A stretch of DNA of 63,874 bases, the filler included, from Octopus bimaculoides (lineage: Eukaryota): the NCBI RefSeq assembly GCF_001194135.2. It is 5 parts of 5 records of this genome, joined end to end, with 100 filler letters (N's around TTAATTAATTAA, not from the genome) between each part and the next. Parts side by side here need not be neighbours in the genome. Positions count along the whole stretch, not along the records: positions 21,010 to 48,467 come from NC_068989.1; 4 more parts are not named here. One strand, written 5' to 3'. The notes below the pieces were generated by a model. It was not told the origin of the DNA. It did not search any database and worked only from the letters and a program-made list of their open reading frames with translations. Shown piece by piece: positions 24,190 to 36,498 of the stretch (positions are counted from its first letter, which is position 1; each line of letters begins with the position of its first letter). The translations under genes were made by a program, and so were the position numbers.

Positions 24190-25720
24190 ACTACTGTAGG
24201 GCTGCTTTGTAGATGACATTTTTTGGCTTTTCCTTCAGGAGCATAGATGAATAAGTTGTTTGGATGCCCAACTCTGGAACAACCGACATAGAACCATCCA
24301 TGTGAAAAGCATGACATTCGAAGGTCCAATCCGACAACTTTCAGCAACTGACCTTGTGTTTTGTTAATTGTCATGGTAAAGCTGAGTTTGAGAGGGAACT
24401 GAAGTTTCTGCATAGGGAAGGAGCAGTCTGTTGGGGTTAGCAGAATTTTCAGAATGAAAATGGTATCATTTTTGCTGTGTCCCATGATAATTTAGGCTTC
24501 AGTACCATGGTCCATCATTTGTTTGACCACAAGATGAGTTCCATTGCATAGTGTGGGTGCGTTTAGAATGTGTAGGAGGATGACAGGGTAACCAACTTTT
24601 AAGTGAAGTTCATGGGGAGGGAGTCCTGAAGGATCTTGGGAGTTGAGAAATTCTGTTGGAAAGTGTGTAACCTGATCGAGGTCGGTAATGGTGTCAACTG
24701 ATCTATAATAATGTTCTTGAGAAGATAGCTGACTGAGTAAATTATGTTGACAGCTGCATTTGTAGGTGCAAGAAGAGCCCTGTCACAAAGCCAATCTGGT
24801 TTTATATATTCCATTGTAAGATTTGGGTAAACGGTAGAACATAAGTCATCAGGGCTGAAGACAGTGTGGCCAATGGTGGTAGTGTCAAGATATCAGTTGT
24901 CGTTGGACGTAACTTGTCCATTGCCAATTTTAACGAGCATTTCTGAAAACTGGGTTGATTGTGAGTTGTTTCAAATGAACATGAAACCAAAAAAGGGATT
25001 TTTTAAGACAGGCATTAAGTTCATTAGTGGGTGTTCCTTTGTGTATAATAGGCAGAGTTTGTTGAAAATGTCCTGCAAGAAGTAGAGTCACACCTCCAAG
25101 GATGTTGTTATTCGATCTAAGGCCTCTCATTGTGTTATCAGGTGCTTGTAGGAAACATTTATGGGACATAGTTGCTTCATCTCAAACAATGAGTTTGCAC
25201 TTTTTCAAAATTGTCACTTCAGTCAAGGAATGAATTATGAGGCATGTTGGATTTTCTTGATGTGTTACATTGAAAGGTAATTTGAAGGTAGAGTGTGCTG
25301 TTCATCTGCCATCAAGAAGAGTTAAGGCTATTCCTGAGTAGGCAACAGCAATAGCAAGGTCACCATTATGCCACTTTGCACGAAAAAGATTCAGGAGGAA
25401 TGTTTTTTTCTCGTTCCACCAGGTGCATCTACGAAGATGATTCTGCCAATGTGTGTGTAGATGTTTCCGAGAACAAAATTGTATATGTCAGCTTGATCAG
25501 AATTCAGAAGGGGCTTGTTGTCAGCAATATACTGTTTGAGTTTGTGGATGTGGCAAGATGTTTCTCTGAAAACGAGGCGATTAGGACAGGCGTTTTCATT
25601 TCTGTCTGGAGTATTGAAAGAATAAGCGTCCAATTGCTATAACCAAGTCTTCAAAGAGAAGAAGCCCTCCATTGTAAATGGCAAGGATAGTGGGTGTGTC
25701 AACGTTTACATAGGTATATA
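24190..25720 (-). mobile_element. Helitron Pif1-like helicase region, decayed (family 1)
   Basis: FVDAPGGT (Walker A), AVAYSGIALTLLDGR.TAHSTFKLP, DEATM, GGVTLLLAGHFQQTLP, RALLAPTN, QFPLKLSFTMTINKTQGQ, FSHGWFYVGCSRV. Confidence 0.88.
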
Positions 25721-25999
25721 AATGTAAGGGAAACGATCAATTTCTGAATCTTACTTCGCAAGGAGTTACCTCCCTTGTCCAGTCCACAATAGCCACCATA
25801 ATGCAGGAATGGTGAGGAAGTTTTTTGACCGCAGAAGCCATATTACTCCATAAGTGAAAAATCTGAAGAGTCTAGTGCAATCTGTGGAACATAAGTGGTG
25901 TATGTGTCAAGTGTGAATGAAAATTGGATGGGAAATATTGATTTTAAGTGGAATCAAGTAAATAGCCTGTCTCTCACCCATCCACACACATACACACAT

Positions 26000-26038
<39 letters not shown>

Positions 26039-26154
26039 ATGAGGATCAGAAGTAGTGAGCAGATTTCAAGCTTTCAACCAAAGGCATGAGATTTTGAAAG
26101 ACTTACTAAATCAATAGCTATTACTTCTGTTCTATATATAACTTTACTTTAAAC

Positions 26155-26434
26155 CAGTGGTTCCCGAACTTTTTCAGGCTGCTGCCTACTTGGTTCCAAG
26201 GCCACATTCCTCACTCACCATTACAGACATAGACCATTTTCTGCAGCAAATTCAAGACATTTATTTCACGAATAAATCTTAACCTAATTAATCTTTTATT
26301 TTCTTTGTTTTTTGTTTTTTTTTACATTCATTGCCTGGTTTTGGTCACCTCATTATCACCCCATTTTTCTTCAATGCCCCCTGGNNNNNNNNNNGGGGGG
26401 GGGGGGGGAGTTCCGCCCACTTTGGGAACCACTG
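26155..26434. mobile_element. hAT (Buster-type) MITE
   Basis: TIRs CAGTGGTTCCCGAA / TTTGGGAACCACTG; perfect 8-bp TSD CTTTAAAC (26147-26154 and 26435-26442) with TA at positions 4-5. Confidence 0.9.
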
Positions 26435-26717
26435 CTTTAAACAGTAGTTTCAAGAACATTGTATTTATTGATGTTTGGAGTTTTGGAGATTTTCAATTTC
26501 TTGGCATTGTTCTGTTGATACCTTCTACATGGAAATGTATGATGCATTGCTGGAACTAGCAGCTGGAACTGAATATACGAGACCCAAATGTTGATTTTGA
26601 ATTATTTGAGTGTCTCTCAGAAAGGTCAATACGAGTTATTGCTCTTGGCTTAGAAGAGCTAGTTGCAGAAAAAGACGGTGTCTGTAAAACTCATTTTGAT
26701 GACAAAGTTATATATGC

Positions 26718-26872
26718 TGTTGTGTCAACGCCCCCAAGCGAAGAAGTAGGATCACCCAAGACATATAAATAAAGGTAGTCTGGCCATGGTAGGTGAGTTG
26801 AGTAGCAGTCGAGTAGCAGTTGTGTAGAGATCATCCGAAAGTGCTAGATAGCAGTAGCATTGAGACACAACA
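26718..26872 (+). repeat. 5' LTR (155 bp)
   Basis: TGTTGTGTC...GACACAACA; homologous to 31094-31269. Confidence 0.93.
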
Positions 26873-26928
26873 GTGGCTACGAGGATTCGCAGCTCACACA
26901 ACCACTGTGTAGTATTGCAATATAACAG

Positions 26929-26939
26929 TGGCGACGAGG
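26929..26939 (+). promoter_or_regulatory. Primer-binding site TGGCGACGAGG (a second, mismatched copy TGGCTACGAGG lies at 26874-26884)
   Basis: Complementary to a tRNA 3' end ...CCUCGUCGCCA as in metazoan tRNA-Ser(GCU); tRNA identity is from recall and not checked in this species. Confidence 0.7.
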
Positions 26940-26957
26940 TTTCTAATAGCATCAAAA

Positions 26958-29900
26958 ATGGAAGAGTTACCGAAAGCAGTAGTGAAACAACAAGAGCAGC
27001 AGCAGCAGCAACTACAGAAGTTAACAGACTTGTTACTGCAGTCGAGAAATACGACAGAATCATTTTCAGCAGATGGTGTTGCAAATTCCATCGAAGAATT
27101 TCACTACAATCTGGATGAAGGAACTACTTTTGCTGCATATTACAGACAATACAAAGACATATTCTGAGAGGAATGCAAGGGATGGTCTAGTGAAAGGAAG
27201 GTAAGGCTCCTTTTGCGAAAGCTTGCTACTCCGGAACACAAAAGTTTTTGTAACTTTATTTTGCCAAGAAAGCCAGCGGAATTGTGTTTTGAGGAAACGA
27301 TAAATATTTTTATGCATATTTTTAGCGAGAAAAGTTCGCTGTTTAACATTCGATGGGAATGTTTAAACTTAAAGAAAAACGAGTCCGATGATTTTGTGAT
27401 ATATGCTGGTGTGGTTAACAAGGCTTGCGAAAGGTTCAAGTTGGAAGAATTAATGCCAGATATGTTCAAGTGTTTAATATTCGTTAAAGGGCTTGTGGCA
27501 ACGGAAAACATGGAAATTAGAAAAAGAATATTGTCAAAGTTGAACCAAGATGAGAAACTCACTTTGCAGAAAGTGGCTGAAGAATGCCAACAAATAATAA
27601 ACCTTTGAGATGATACAAGGAGAATAGAAGACAAGAATAATAATGTACAAATGTGTAAAGAAAGTATACAAAGAAGGAAAAAATTAAATTCAAAACGGTG
27701 CTGTGGTTGCGGAGAGCGACATTTGAGGAAAGATTGCCCCTTTAAAGATAAAACCTGTTCTAAGTGTGGTAAAACTTGGCATATACAGACTATATGCCAG
27801 TCAAAGAAAACGGTAAAACAAAAGAGAGTCTACTCAACAAAAGTAAACTATACCAGACAAAATCGAAAATTTGTGTCGGTAGAAATAAATGGGTTTCAGA
27901 CCAAAATGCAATTACATACCAGATCAGACGCATCGGTAATAAATACGGCAACATGGAGTAAAATAGGCAGGCCATTATATAAAAAGACTACTAGGATAGC
28001 CCATGGTGTGTCAGGAGAATGAGTTCGATTCTTGGGTGAAACCTCAACAGAAATAAAACTCAAAAACAGGACATGGAAATGTAAACTAATGATATTAAAA
28101 ATACAATGAATCTGTTTGGGACAGATTTAATGGAAGGATTCGACCTGTGGAATCTATCACTGAATACATTGTGTAACAAGGTGAATGCATCACAGCCCGT
28201 GTCAGAAAAAGCATCGGAAAAAATGAAATTAAAAGGATGTACCCGGATATTTTTTCAAAAGAGCTTGGTATATGTGAAAAAATTAAAGTAAAGTTTCAGT
28301 TAAAAGAAAATGCGGTGCCAGTGTTTAAACCAAAAAGGAATGTACCATTTGCAGTGTTGAATCAAGTTGAGAAGGAATTAAAATTATTGGAAGACCTGGA
28401 AGTAATTGAAAAAGTGGATTACTCGGAGTGGGCAGCTCCTACAGTATATATAAAAAAGAAGAATAACAAGGTAAGAGTATGTACGGACTTGTCAACTGGG
28501 CTGAATGACTGTTTAAAAAAGTATAATTATCCGCTGCCAAATCCAGAGGAAGTATTTGCCAAGTGCAATGGTGGGAAAAATTTTTCCAAGCTGGATTTGT
28601 CTGAGGCCTACCTCCAATTACAGGTAGATGAAGAATGTGCTAAAGTATTGACAATTAATACTCATAAAGGTCTGTACCGTTTCAAAAGACTGCCATTTGG
28701 GGTGAAGGTTGCACCAGCAATATTTCAGTAAGTAATGGATATTATGCTGGCAGATTGTGAGTTCGCGGTCCTATACCTGGATGACATATTGATTAAAAGT
28801 GAATCAAGGGACCAGCATAGTGAACATATAGAAGAGGTTTTCAAACGAATAAGTTTCATGGATTTAAAGTAAGGGAGGATAAATGTGAATTTTTTTACCA
28901 AAATAAAGTACTTATGACAGGTGATCGATGAAAACGGACAAAAACCAGACCCTTCTAGGATTGACGTGATACAAAAAATGCCTGCTCCCACTAACAAAAC
29001 AACACTACAAGCATTTTTAGGGTTGGTAAGTTATTACCAGTTGTACATACCTAAAATGTACAACAAATTACTAAAGAAGGACTCGAAATGGAGCTGGACA
29101 AACAAATGTCAGAAATCTAAAAAACTAAAATCTAAAACTAAAAAAGCGGTTAACTTCAGAGTTATCACTAACTCATTTCAACCCAAAATTGAAAATAATT
29201 GTGGCATCGGACGCCAGTGAATATGGCATAGGAGCAGTGATATTGTATAAATTTAATGATGGTAAAATCAAAGCTATTGCACATGCATCGAGAGTTCTGT
29301 TACCAGCGGAAAGAAACTACAGCCAGATTGAAAAAGAGGCATTATCATTAATCTTCGCAATTAAAANNNNNNNNNNNNNNNNNNNNNNNNNNNNNNNNNN
29401 NNNNNNNNNNNNNNNNNNNNNNNNNNNNNNNNNNNNNNNNNNNNNNNNNNNNNNNNNNNNNNNNNNNNNNNNNNNNNNNNNNNNNNNNNNNNNNNNNNNN
29501 NNNNNNNNNNNNNNNNNNNNNNNNNNNNNNNNNNNNNNNNNNNNNNNNNNNNNNNNNNNNNNNNNNNNNNNNNNNNNNNNNNNNNNNNNNNNNNNNNNNN
29601 NNNNNNNNNNNNNNNNNNNNNNNNNNNNNNNNNNNNNNNNNNNNNNNNNNNNNNNNNNNNNNNNNNNNNNNNNNNNNNNNNNNNNNNNNNNNNNNNNNNN
29701 NNNNNNNNNNNNNNNNNNNNNNNNNNNNNNNNNNNNNNNNNNNNNNNNNNNNNNNNNNNNNNNNNNNNNNNNNNNNNNNNNNNNNNNNNNNNNNNNNNNN
29801 NNNNNNNNNNNNNNNNNNNNNNNNNNNNNNNNNNNNNNNNNNNNNNNNNNNNNNNNNNNNNNNNNNNNNNNNNNNNNNNNNNNNNNNNNNNNNNNNNNNN

Positions 29901-31018
29901 NNNNNNNNNNNNNNNNNNNNNNNNNNNNNNNNNNNNNNNNNNNNNNNNNNNNNNNNNNNNNNNNNNNNNNNNNNNNNNNNNNNNNNNNNNNNNNNNNNNN
30001 NNNNNNNNNNNNNNNNNNNNNNNNNNNNNNNNNNNNNNNNNNAAGTTACGTTTATTGGCCAAATATGGACAAGCAAATTGAGAGACTGGTACAACAGTGT
30101 AGGGGATGCGCGATGGCAACAAGGGCGCCCCCAGTGCAGATACAGCCTTGGCCAAAAACAGATTCGGCATGGTCTAGACTACATGTGGATTTCGCAGGAC
30201 CATTAAATGGCTCCTATTATATCATTATGGTGGATAGCTATTCCAAATGGCCTGAAGTGTGTAAATGTTCAAGGCCAACCACAAGTGTGACGATTGACTT
30301 CTTGGAAGAACTGTTCGCTTGGTATGGAGTGCTAGATACGATCGTGTCAGATAATGGGACACAATTCACAGCAAAGGAGTTCAAAAGATTCTGTAAGTCG
30401 GTTCAGATGAAGCATGTGGTAACTCCACCATACCACACAAGGTCAAATGGGTTAGCAGAAAGATTTGTTGACACATTCAAGAGAGCTTTAAGGAAGACCA
30501 GACGGGAAACCTTTGAAGATACAAATATGACAAAGTTTTTGCAGGTGTATAGAATAACACCGAATCCAAATGCAGAGTCGGGTAGGTCACCTGCAGATTT
30601 GATGTTTTCCAGAAAAATTCGTTCTATATTTGAAAAATGGTTGCCGAGCAGGAAACAGAAAATAGAAAATTCGGAAAGAAAAACGAAATTTTTTAACACA
30701 GATGACAAAGTGTATTTTAGAGTGTATAGTAACGGAAAACAGGACTGGGAACAAGGAAGTATAACAGGACGTCTGGGTAACGTGATGTACACAGTAAAAG
30801 GACCGAAATATGAACACAGAAGGCATTTAAACCAATTAAAAAAAAGGTATGCCAAAAACCAAGAGAGGCAAGAGGAACAAATGGATATATGGTATGATCT
30901 GTTCAAGGTCCCAGAACCACAAGCGAAAGCGGAACTGACATGTAGGTCGAGTAGGAAGAGAAAACCTACAGAAATGATTGAAATAAATGCTAAGAGAAAA
31001 AGATATGCCAGTTTCTAA
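26958..31018 (+). pseudogene. gag-pol of the Gypsy element, disabled
   Basis: Gag with CCGCGERH..CP and CSKCGKTWH..C knuckles; protease DTG mutated to HTR; RT RLPFGV..AP and YLDDILI; RNase H DAS.YGIGAV...EKEAL; integrase HVDFAGP, SDNGTQF, SNGLAERFV. Stops at about 27165, 27606, 28020 and 28729, frameshifts, and an N gap at 29367-30042. Confidence 0.92.
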
Positions 31019-31081
31019 CCAAGGAAACGAAATTGATAAATTCGTTTTTTTTTTTTTTTTGAAAGAGAAAAAAAAAAACTC

Positions 31082-31093
31082 AAAAGGGGGAGG
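31082..31093 (+). promoter_or_regulatory. Polypurine tract
   Basis: AAAAGGGGGAGG immediately 5' of the 3' LTR. Confidence 0.85.
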
Positions 31094-31269
31094 TGTTGTG
31101 TCGATGCCCCAAGCGAAGAAGTAGGATCACCCAAGACATATAAATAAAGGTAGTCTGGCCATGGTAGGTGAGTTGAGTAGGTGTTGAGTAGCAGTCGAGT
31201 AGCAGTTGTGTAGCGGTTGAGTAGAGATTATCCGAAAGTGCTAGATAGCAGTAGTGTTGAGACATAACA
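31094..31269 (+). repeat. 3' LTR (176 bp)
   Basis: Matches the 5' LTR apart from about 6 substitutions, a 1-bp deletion and two 11-bp extra units. Confidence 0.93.
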
Positions 31270-31759
31270 TATGCAATGTGATAAGTTAGAAGCCTTCACT
31301 TGAAGTACCCTGAACAACATGAAATGTGTGTGTATGTAGTTTACTGTTCCATTATAGGTAGGATCAGCAAAAAAGTATTATATCCAGTAAGAGACAAATA
31401 TCATTTGATATACACAATTTAAATAAGAGCTAGTAATAGTTTCATGCTGTAGAGATACAATAATTTGGCAGATTTATATAACATGCTATGTGTCTTCAAA
31501 GAAGCCTTCAAGCTCAGTGCATAATGTTAGTCCTCTTTGAAAACCAAGACGCTGGTCTATGAGAAAAATGAGAAGAAAAACATGAAGAAGGTTGATGCAA
31601 AAAGTGGAATGAGAAGAAAGAAAAAAAAAACAAAAACAAGATCTTTGTCCTCTTTGTATGTAGAAATAATTTATCTAATTGGTGTAAATAATATAAAGGA
31701 GACAAGGCCAAAGTCTGTGAGATAACTACTCAATTCAGAGAGGGAAGTGTCCTCCAGTT

Positions 31760-32830
31760 TGACAAAAGAAACTTGTCCATGTGCTTGCTTTTGCTAAAAA
31801 TTTTGGACCTGGAATTAAACAGTGTGGATTTAAAAAGAATATGCAATCTTTTTTGGATTTAAAAAGAATATGTAATCTTTCGGCTGTGCATACCATGCAT
31901 CTGTTTGATCCATTTATATATGACATAGATTTCTTCACTTGATTATATGTGGTGTGTAATTGGTCTTTGGATCCATGGCTAACCAACTTAGTGATGTTAT
32001 TTTTATGAATTTGATGGTTTGCATAACAGCTTTTAAAATTGCCTTCTCATAAATTGCCTTAATTTTGCTTCTTGATTACATTGTCTTGGAGCATGCTGTA
32101 ACTTTGGCATCATAAACAACTATGTTTATCAAACAAGCCTGATGAAGCAGAAAAACTTCAGGATCTTGACAATTACAACTGGGAGTGGACTCTTGGTGTG
32201 ACTTACAAGTAATAATGTCCTTCTTATTAGGGCAACAGCTGTATGAAACTTTTATCGGATGACTATTAAAAATCTTCCTGTTTACTGGGAAATGCTTATT
32301 TAATAATGCCAGGAATTTCTTGCCTACGTTATTTTCAACATTTAAGAGAAAAAGAGGGTGAACCATATTAATTTCCTTAGTCTATTTTTAGGCTTCATAT
32401 TTTTAACTAAAGAGTTATATGATATCTTATCTTTGAAGCTGCTGTTAGCTTGGACATTGTTATAGTAGGGGGCTGCTTTGTCAAATACTGCATTTGAAGA
32501 GGATAGATTAGATATCCTACTACTGATGTTGGCTATCAGGATTTTAAATACTATAGTGGGATAACAGGACTGTTTACATATGTATGTGAGCTTCTCATTC
32601 AGTTTATGATAGGGTTTATAATATCATGAGTTTATGTCTAGGTAAAAATCTAAGAAATCAACGTTAGACAGATTTCGTAGATAAAGTAATTTTGAGGCCT
32701 GACAAAAGATATGTCTGAGTTTTTTCATAAATTTACCAAGTGTCTGTCCATCACAGTTGTGAGATATACCCAAACCATCATCATGGTATAACCTAATATC
32801 ATGGGTTGGAAACTTAGATCTCAAAGTACC
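31760..32830 (-). mobile_element. Penelope-like element (RT to GIY-YIG), decayed
   Basis: IRLYHDDGL (YRDD), NVGKKFLALLNKHFP..KIFN..IKVSYSC, CNCQ...CL...VVYDAKV, RCMVCTAERLHIL. Confidence 0.85.
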
Positions 32831-33263
32831 TAATATACAGAGGCCTACAAGATCAGAGATATCTCCTCTCTGTTATGTTATTTTATATCAACTAGATTAC
32901 TTATGATTTCTACAGATAAAGGGAATGAAATTATGTTATTTTTTCTTTCTTCTCATTCAACTTTTTGCATTAAACTTCTTCATATTTTTCTTCTCGTTTT
33001 TTCTCATGTTTTCTCTTAGACCAATATTCTTGTTTTTAGATACATCTGAGCTTGAAGGGTTGCTTGGAGATACATGACATGTTATATAAATCTGTCAAAT
33101 CATTGTATATCTACAGCATGAAACTATTAATAGCTTTTTATAAAATTGTGTATATCAAATGATATATTAAATATATTAAAATTGAGTATATTAAGTCACA
33201 CACACTCAAGTATATCATCAGATATCATTGATGTCTAGTTTTCCATGCTTGCATGGGTTAGAC

Positions 33264-35400
33264 CAGTGTTTCCCAAATTCTTTGCACCAAATTGCAATAT
33301 TGTCCACCTATCAAGCAAAAAATGCTCCATCACCCACCTATGTAAAAAAAAACTCTGACATCCCCAACACTAAATCCCCTAGGAGAACACCCCTTGTATC
33401 ATTTGACATACACTATATTGTAGACTTGTTGCCCAGTTAGTGCCATTTGAACTAAATATGCTGTTGTTTACAAATCCCTCCTTGTGTGTTTAGTTTTGCC
33501 ATTAGTGTGAATAAAATTCTAATGTTAACTCTATATTATGCTGACAGATTAACTTCGGTAAACTTGCGCTTTCTTTTACACTGATTTTTATTTTCCCCAA
33601 ATGAACCATTGATCAGAACTACCAATGCAAAAATAATTAATGATTGTATTATATAGGAAAAGAATACAACTTTTTAATGAGAACCATGTGTCTGGTGCAA
33701 TGCAGCTAGTGCAGACACATGCGGTTTCAAACTTATCGATTTTTGCTGCGAGTCTCCTCATTATGTCACATCCAGTCCAATTCTTTTATGGGAAAGTAAA
33801 GTTCCAACATGGCTAAAACCAGATTCAACCANNNNNNNNNNNNNNNNNNNNNNNNNNNNNNNNNNNNNNNNNNNNNNNNNNNNNNNNNNNNNNNNNNNNN
33901 NNNNNNNNNNNNNNNNNNNNNNNNNNNNNNNNNNNNNNNNNNNNNNNNNNNNNNNNNNNNNNNNNNNNNNNNNNNNNNNNNNNNNNNNNNNNNNNNNNNN
34001 NNNNNNNNNNNNNNNNNNNNNNNNNNNNNNNNNNNNNNNNNNNNNNNNNNNNNNNNNNNNNNNNNNNNNNNNNNNNNNNNNNNNNNNNNNNNNNNNNNNN
34101 NNNNNNNNCAATAATTGTAAATAGTTGCAATATGTAGTTAAATCCTCATCAGCCAATTCATCTTTCAAAGAATCAAGTTGTGGAAACTGATGGAATTGAC
34201 ATTTAGAAATGTTAGTTTTATACAACACCAATTTTGACATGAAGGTAGTGATGAATGATTTACAATCAACGAGAGTTTTTCTGGTTCCTTATAATAACCT
34301 ATTCAAATCATTTAATTTTGTGAATATATCACAAACAAAAAATAATATCACACCTTGCAGCCATCAATGAAGTGGATAGCTGAGTAGCTTCAAAGAAAGA
34401 TATGATTATATGAAACAGTTCAACAAACCGTAAAACACAGTTTAGTTTTGACAACCACCGCACTTCGGTATGGTGTAAAAGTTTAGTACAGCCCTCATCA
34501 TTTCTCAGACAGAGTTGATGGAAAATTTGATCAGTCAAGGAACTGGACTTCAATTTATTCAGTCTTGATAACTAACTGTAGTGTATATTCAGTCTACTGT
34601 TCCTATTTTTTGCCACTAAATGCTGCTAGTGTGCCAAACAATGAACAGTTAGTATCTGGTAGGAAATTTCACACATTAAGAGAGATGAAAAACTTCTGTA
34701 TCTTCCTATCATTGAAGGGCCTCCATCAGACACACAGGCAAGAATATTACTGAGTGGGATATTATGTTCAAAAAGGAAAGACTTGAGAGTGTTGCACCAT
34801 TTGAAACAAGCGGCAATTTCTCTGTGAACAGCATTTCCTCACAAGGTCAAAAGTCTTTGCTGAAATACCAAACATATACTGTCATTAAACATTGATTGTC
34901 CACAACAGTTGACTCATCCACTTGTATAGAAAATTCAGAATGCTGGAAGATATTAATGAGCTGTTTGACATCGTTAGCCATTTAATTGATGCATCAAGAT
35001 ATTGTGTTATTACCAAGTGGGATCTCATAATATTATAGGGTTTTTTGCACATAAAGGTTGACAAAACCTCTTCAATAACCAGGCGAAGTGATATTTCTCC
35101 AATTGTGTGAGACTTCCCAGACTTAGCAAAAAAGCAATGCAATCAATGTGTCATTCTCCTGCTTACTAGTTTCCTGGGGTGTTGTAAAAAGTATGACAAT
35201 GGCTTGTCCTTGTCAGAATGCTTTGCATCAAAGTGATACTTTAAGCGTGAAGGTTTCATTGCTTCATTGGTCAATGTTTGATGGCAAAGAAGGCACATTG
35301 GTAATTGACAGTTCTGAGGAGAGGGAATAAATCCAAACGATAAATAATCACTGCTGTACTGTGGACCAATTTTCTTGACTGGAGGCATCTGTAAAGTGAA
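33264..35400 (-). mobile_element. hAT Buster/Charlie-type transposon, decayed, with 3' TIR
   Basis: BED finger CLLCHQTLTNEAMKPSRLKYH...H, HTEVRWLSK, VESGFS; TIR CAGTGTTTCCCAAA at 33264, preceded by GGTTAGAC (central TA). The other TIR was not found. Confidence 0.88.
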
Positions 35401-36154
35401 AATTTGAAACCGAATTTCTATGAACAACATCAGGAAGGCAGTATGGTATTCTCAAAGAGAAGAAGAAGTCAATAGAGCAGAGTCAGATGATATGTCTTTA
35501 CTGGAGCAAATATGGACCTAATTTATTTGGCTGCCAGCATTTCAGAAATTAAAGTTCATTGGAAATTTTAAAATTTGGCACATTACTATACCTTTCCAAG
35601 CTAAATTGCTGGAGCTATTCAACCTTTTCCAGAAAAATCTTTATAAAAAGTTTTAGTGGTTTAAAGTCTGATCATTTTCATCCAGTCAAGAAATACAATT
35701 TCAAAGCTGTCATTTTGTGTGTGACTGCACATTTTGTCAACATCCTGAAAATAGCACTTATGTTTTGATATGAAACCGTAGAATTATGCACGACTTATAA
35801 CCCCTCATAACTTTTTTTAGTTTTTGGAGTTTTCAGAAAATTTTTGTAAATTTGTATTCTACACGTGGGACTTCTATGCCAAAAAAAAAAAAAAAGAAAT
35901 TGTGGTGGAGTGTGATTTAAAGTCTAGGCCTATTTGGCTGCTATTTTTAGCACACGTGACAACCATCTCAATGACTGTGACAAAAATATTCAATGGATAA
36001 ACAAGTCTGCTAAAGGGATGTCTCATGCAAGTAGTCAAATCGATAAAAATGCATCCTTATTCTAGGCATGCCTAGATATAAGTAAATGCAGATTTAATTT
36101 CTAAAAATTCTTTGTCACCCACAAAATGTTCACACTGTCCACCAAAATCTCAAA

Positions 36155-36498
36155 TTACCCAACTTCCCAAACTGCAACCCCTTTGATTATTATGTGTGGG
36201 GCACAGCTGAGCAAGAGACTAACAAAACTCCTTGTAACACCAAAGATAAACTGAAGGCAAGGATTATGGCAACATTCACCAACTTAAAGAAGGAGACTGT
36301 CCAGAAGAGTTGCAGGAGATTCTGAAGTCATCTGGAGGCCGTGGTTGAAGCCAATGGCGATTTTATTGAATAAATTTACTCTTTAGTATTTGAAGATATT
36401 TTTATGTAATTTTGGTAAATATATCTCTTAAAATGAGATGTCAGTATTATTTTCAGTTTTGCGTAATTTAGACAATAGTTTATTCACAGCACCCTGTA
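36155..36498 (+). mobile_element. maT/DD37D Tc1-mariner 3' fragment
   Basis: PNCNPFDYYVWG...LEAVVEANGDFIE*; 3' end ...CAGCACCCTG followed by TA. Confidence 0.75.

Larger units (their letters stand above)
26718..31269 (+). mobile_element. Full-length decayed Gypsy LTR retrotransposon, Mag-like
   Basis: TG...CA LTRs, 5-bp TSD TATGC (26713-26717 and 31270-31274), PBS, PPT, and gag-PR-RT-RH-INT order. Mag-like is inferred from two gag CCHC knuckles and short LTRs. Confidence 0.95.
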
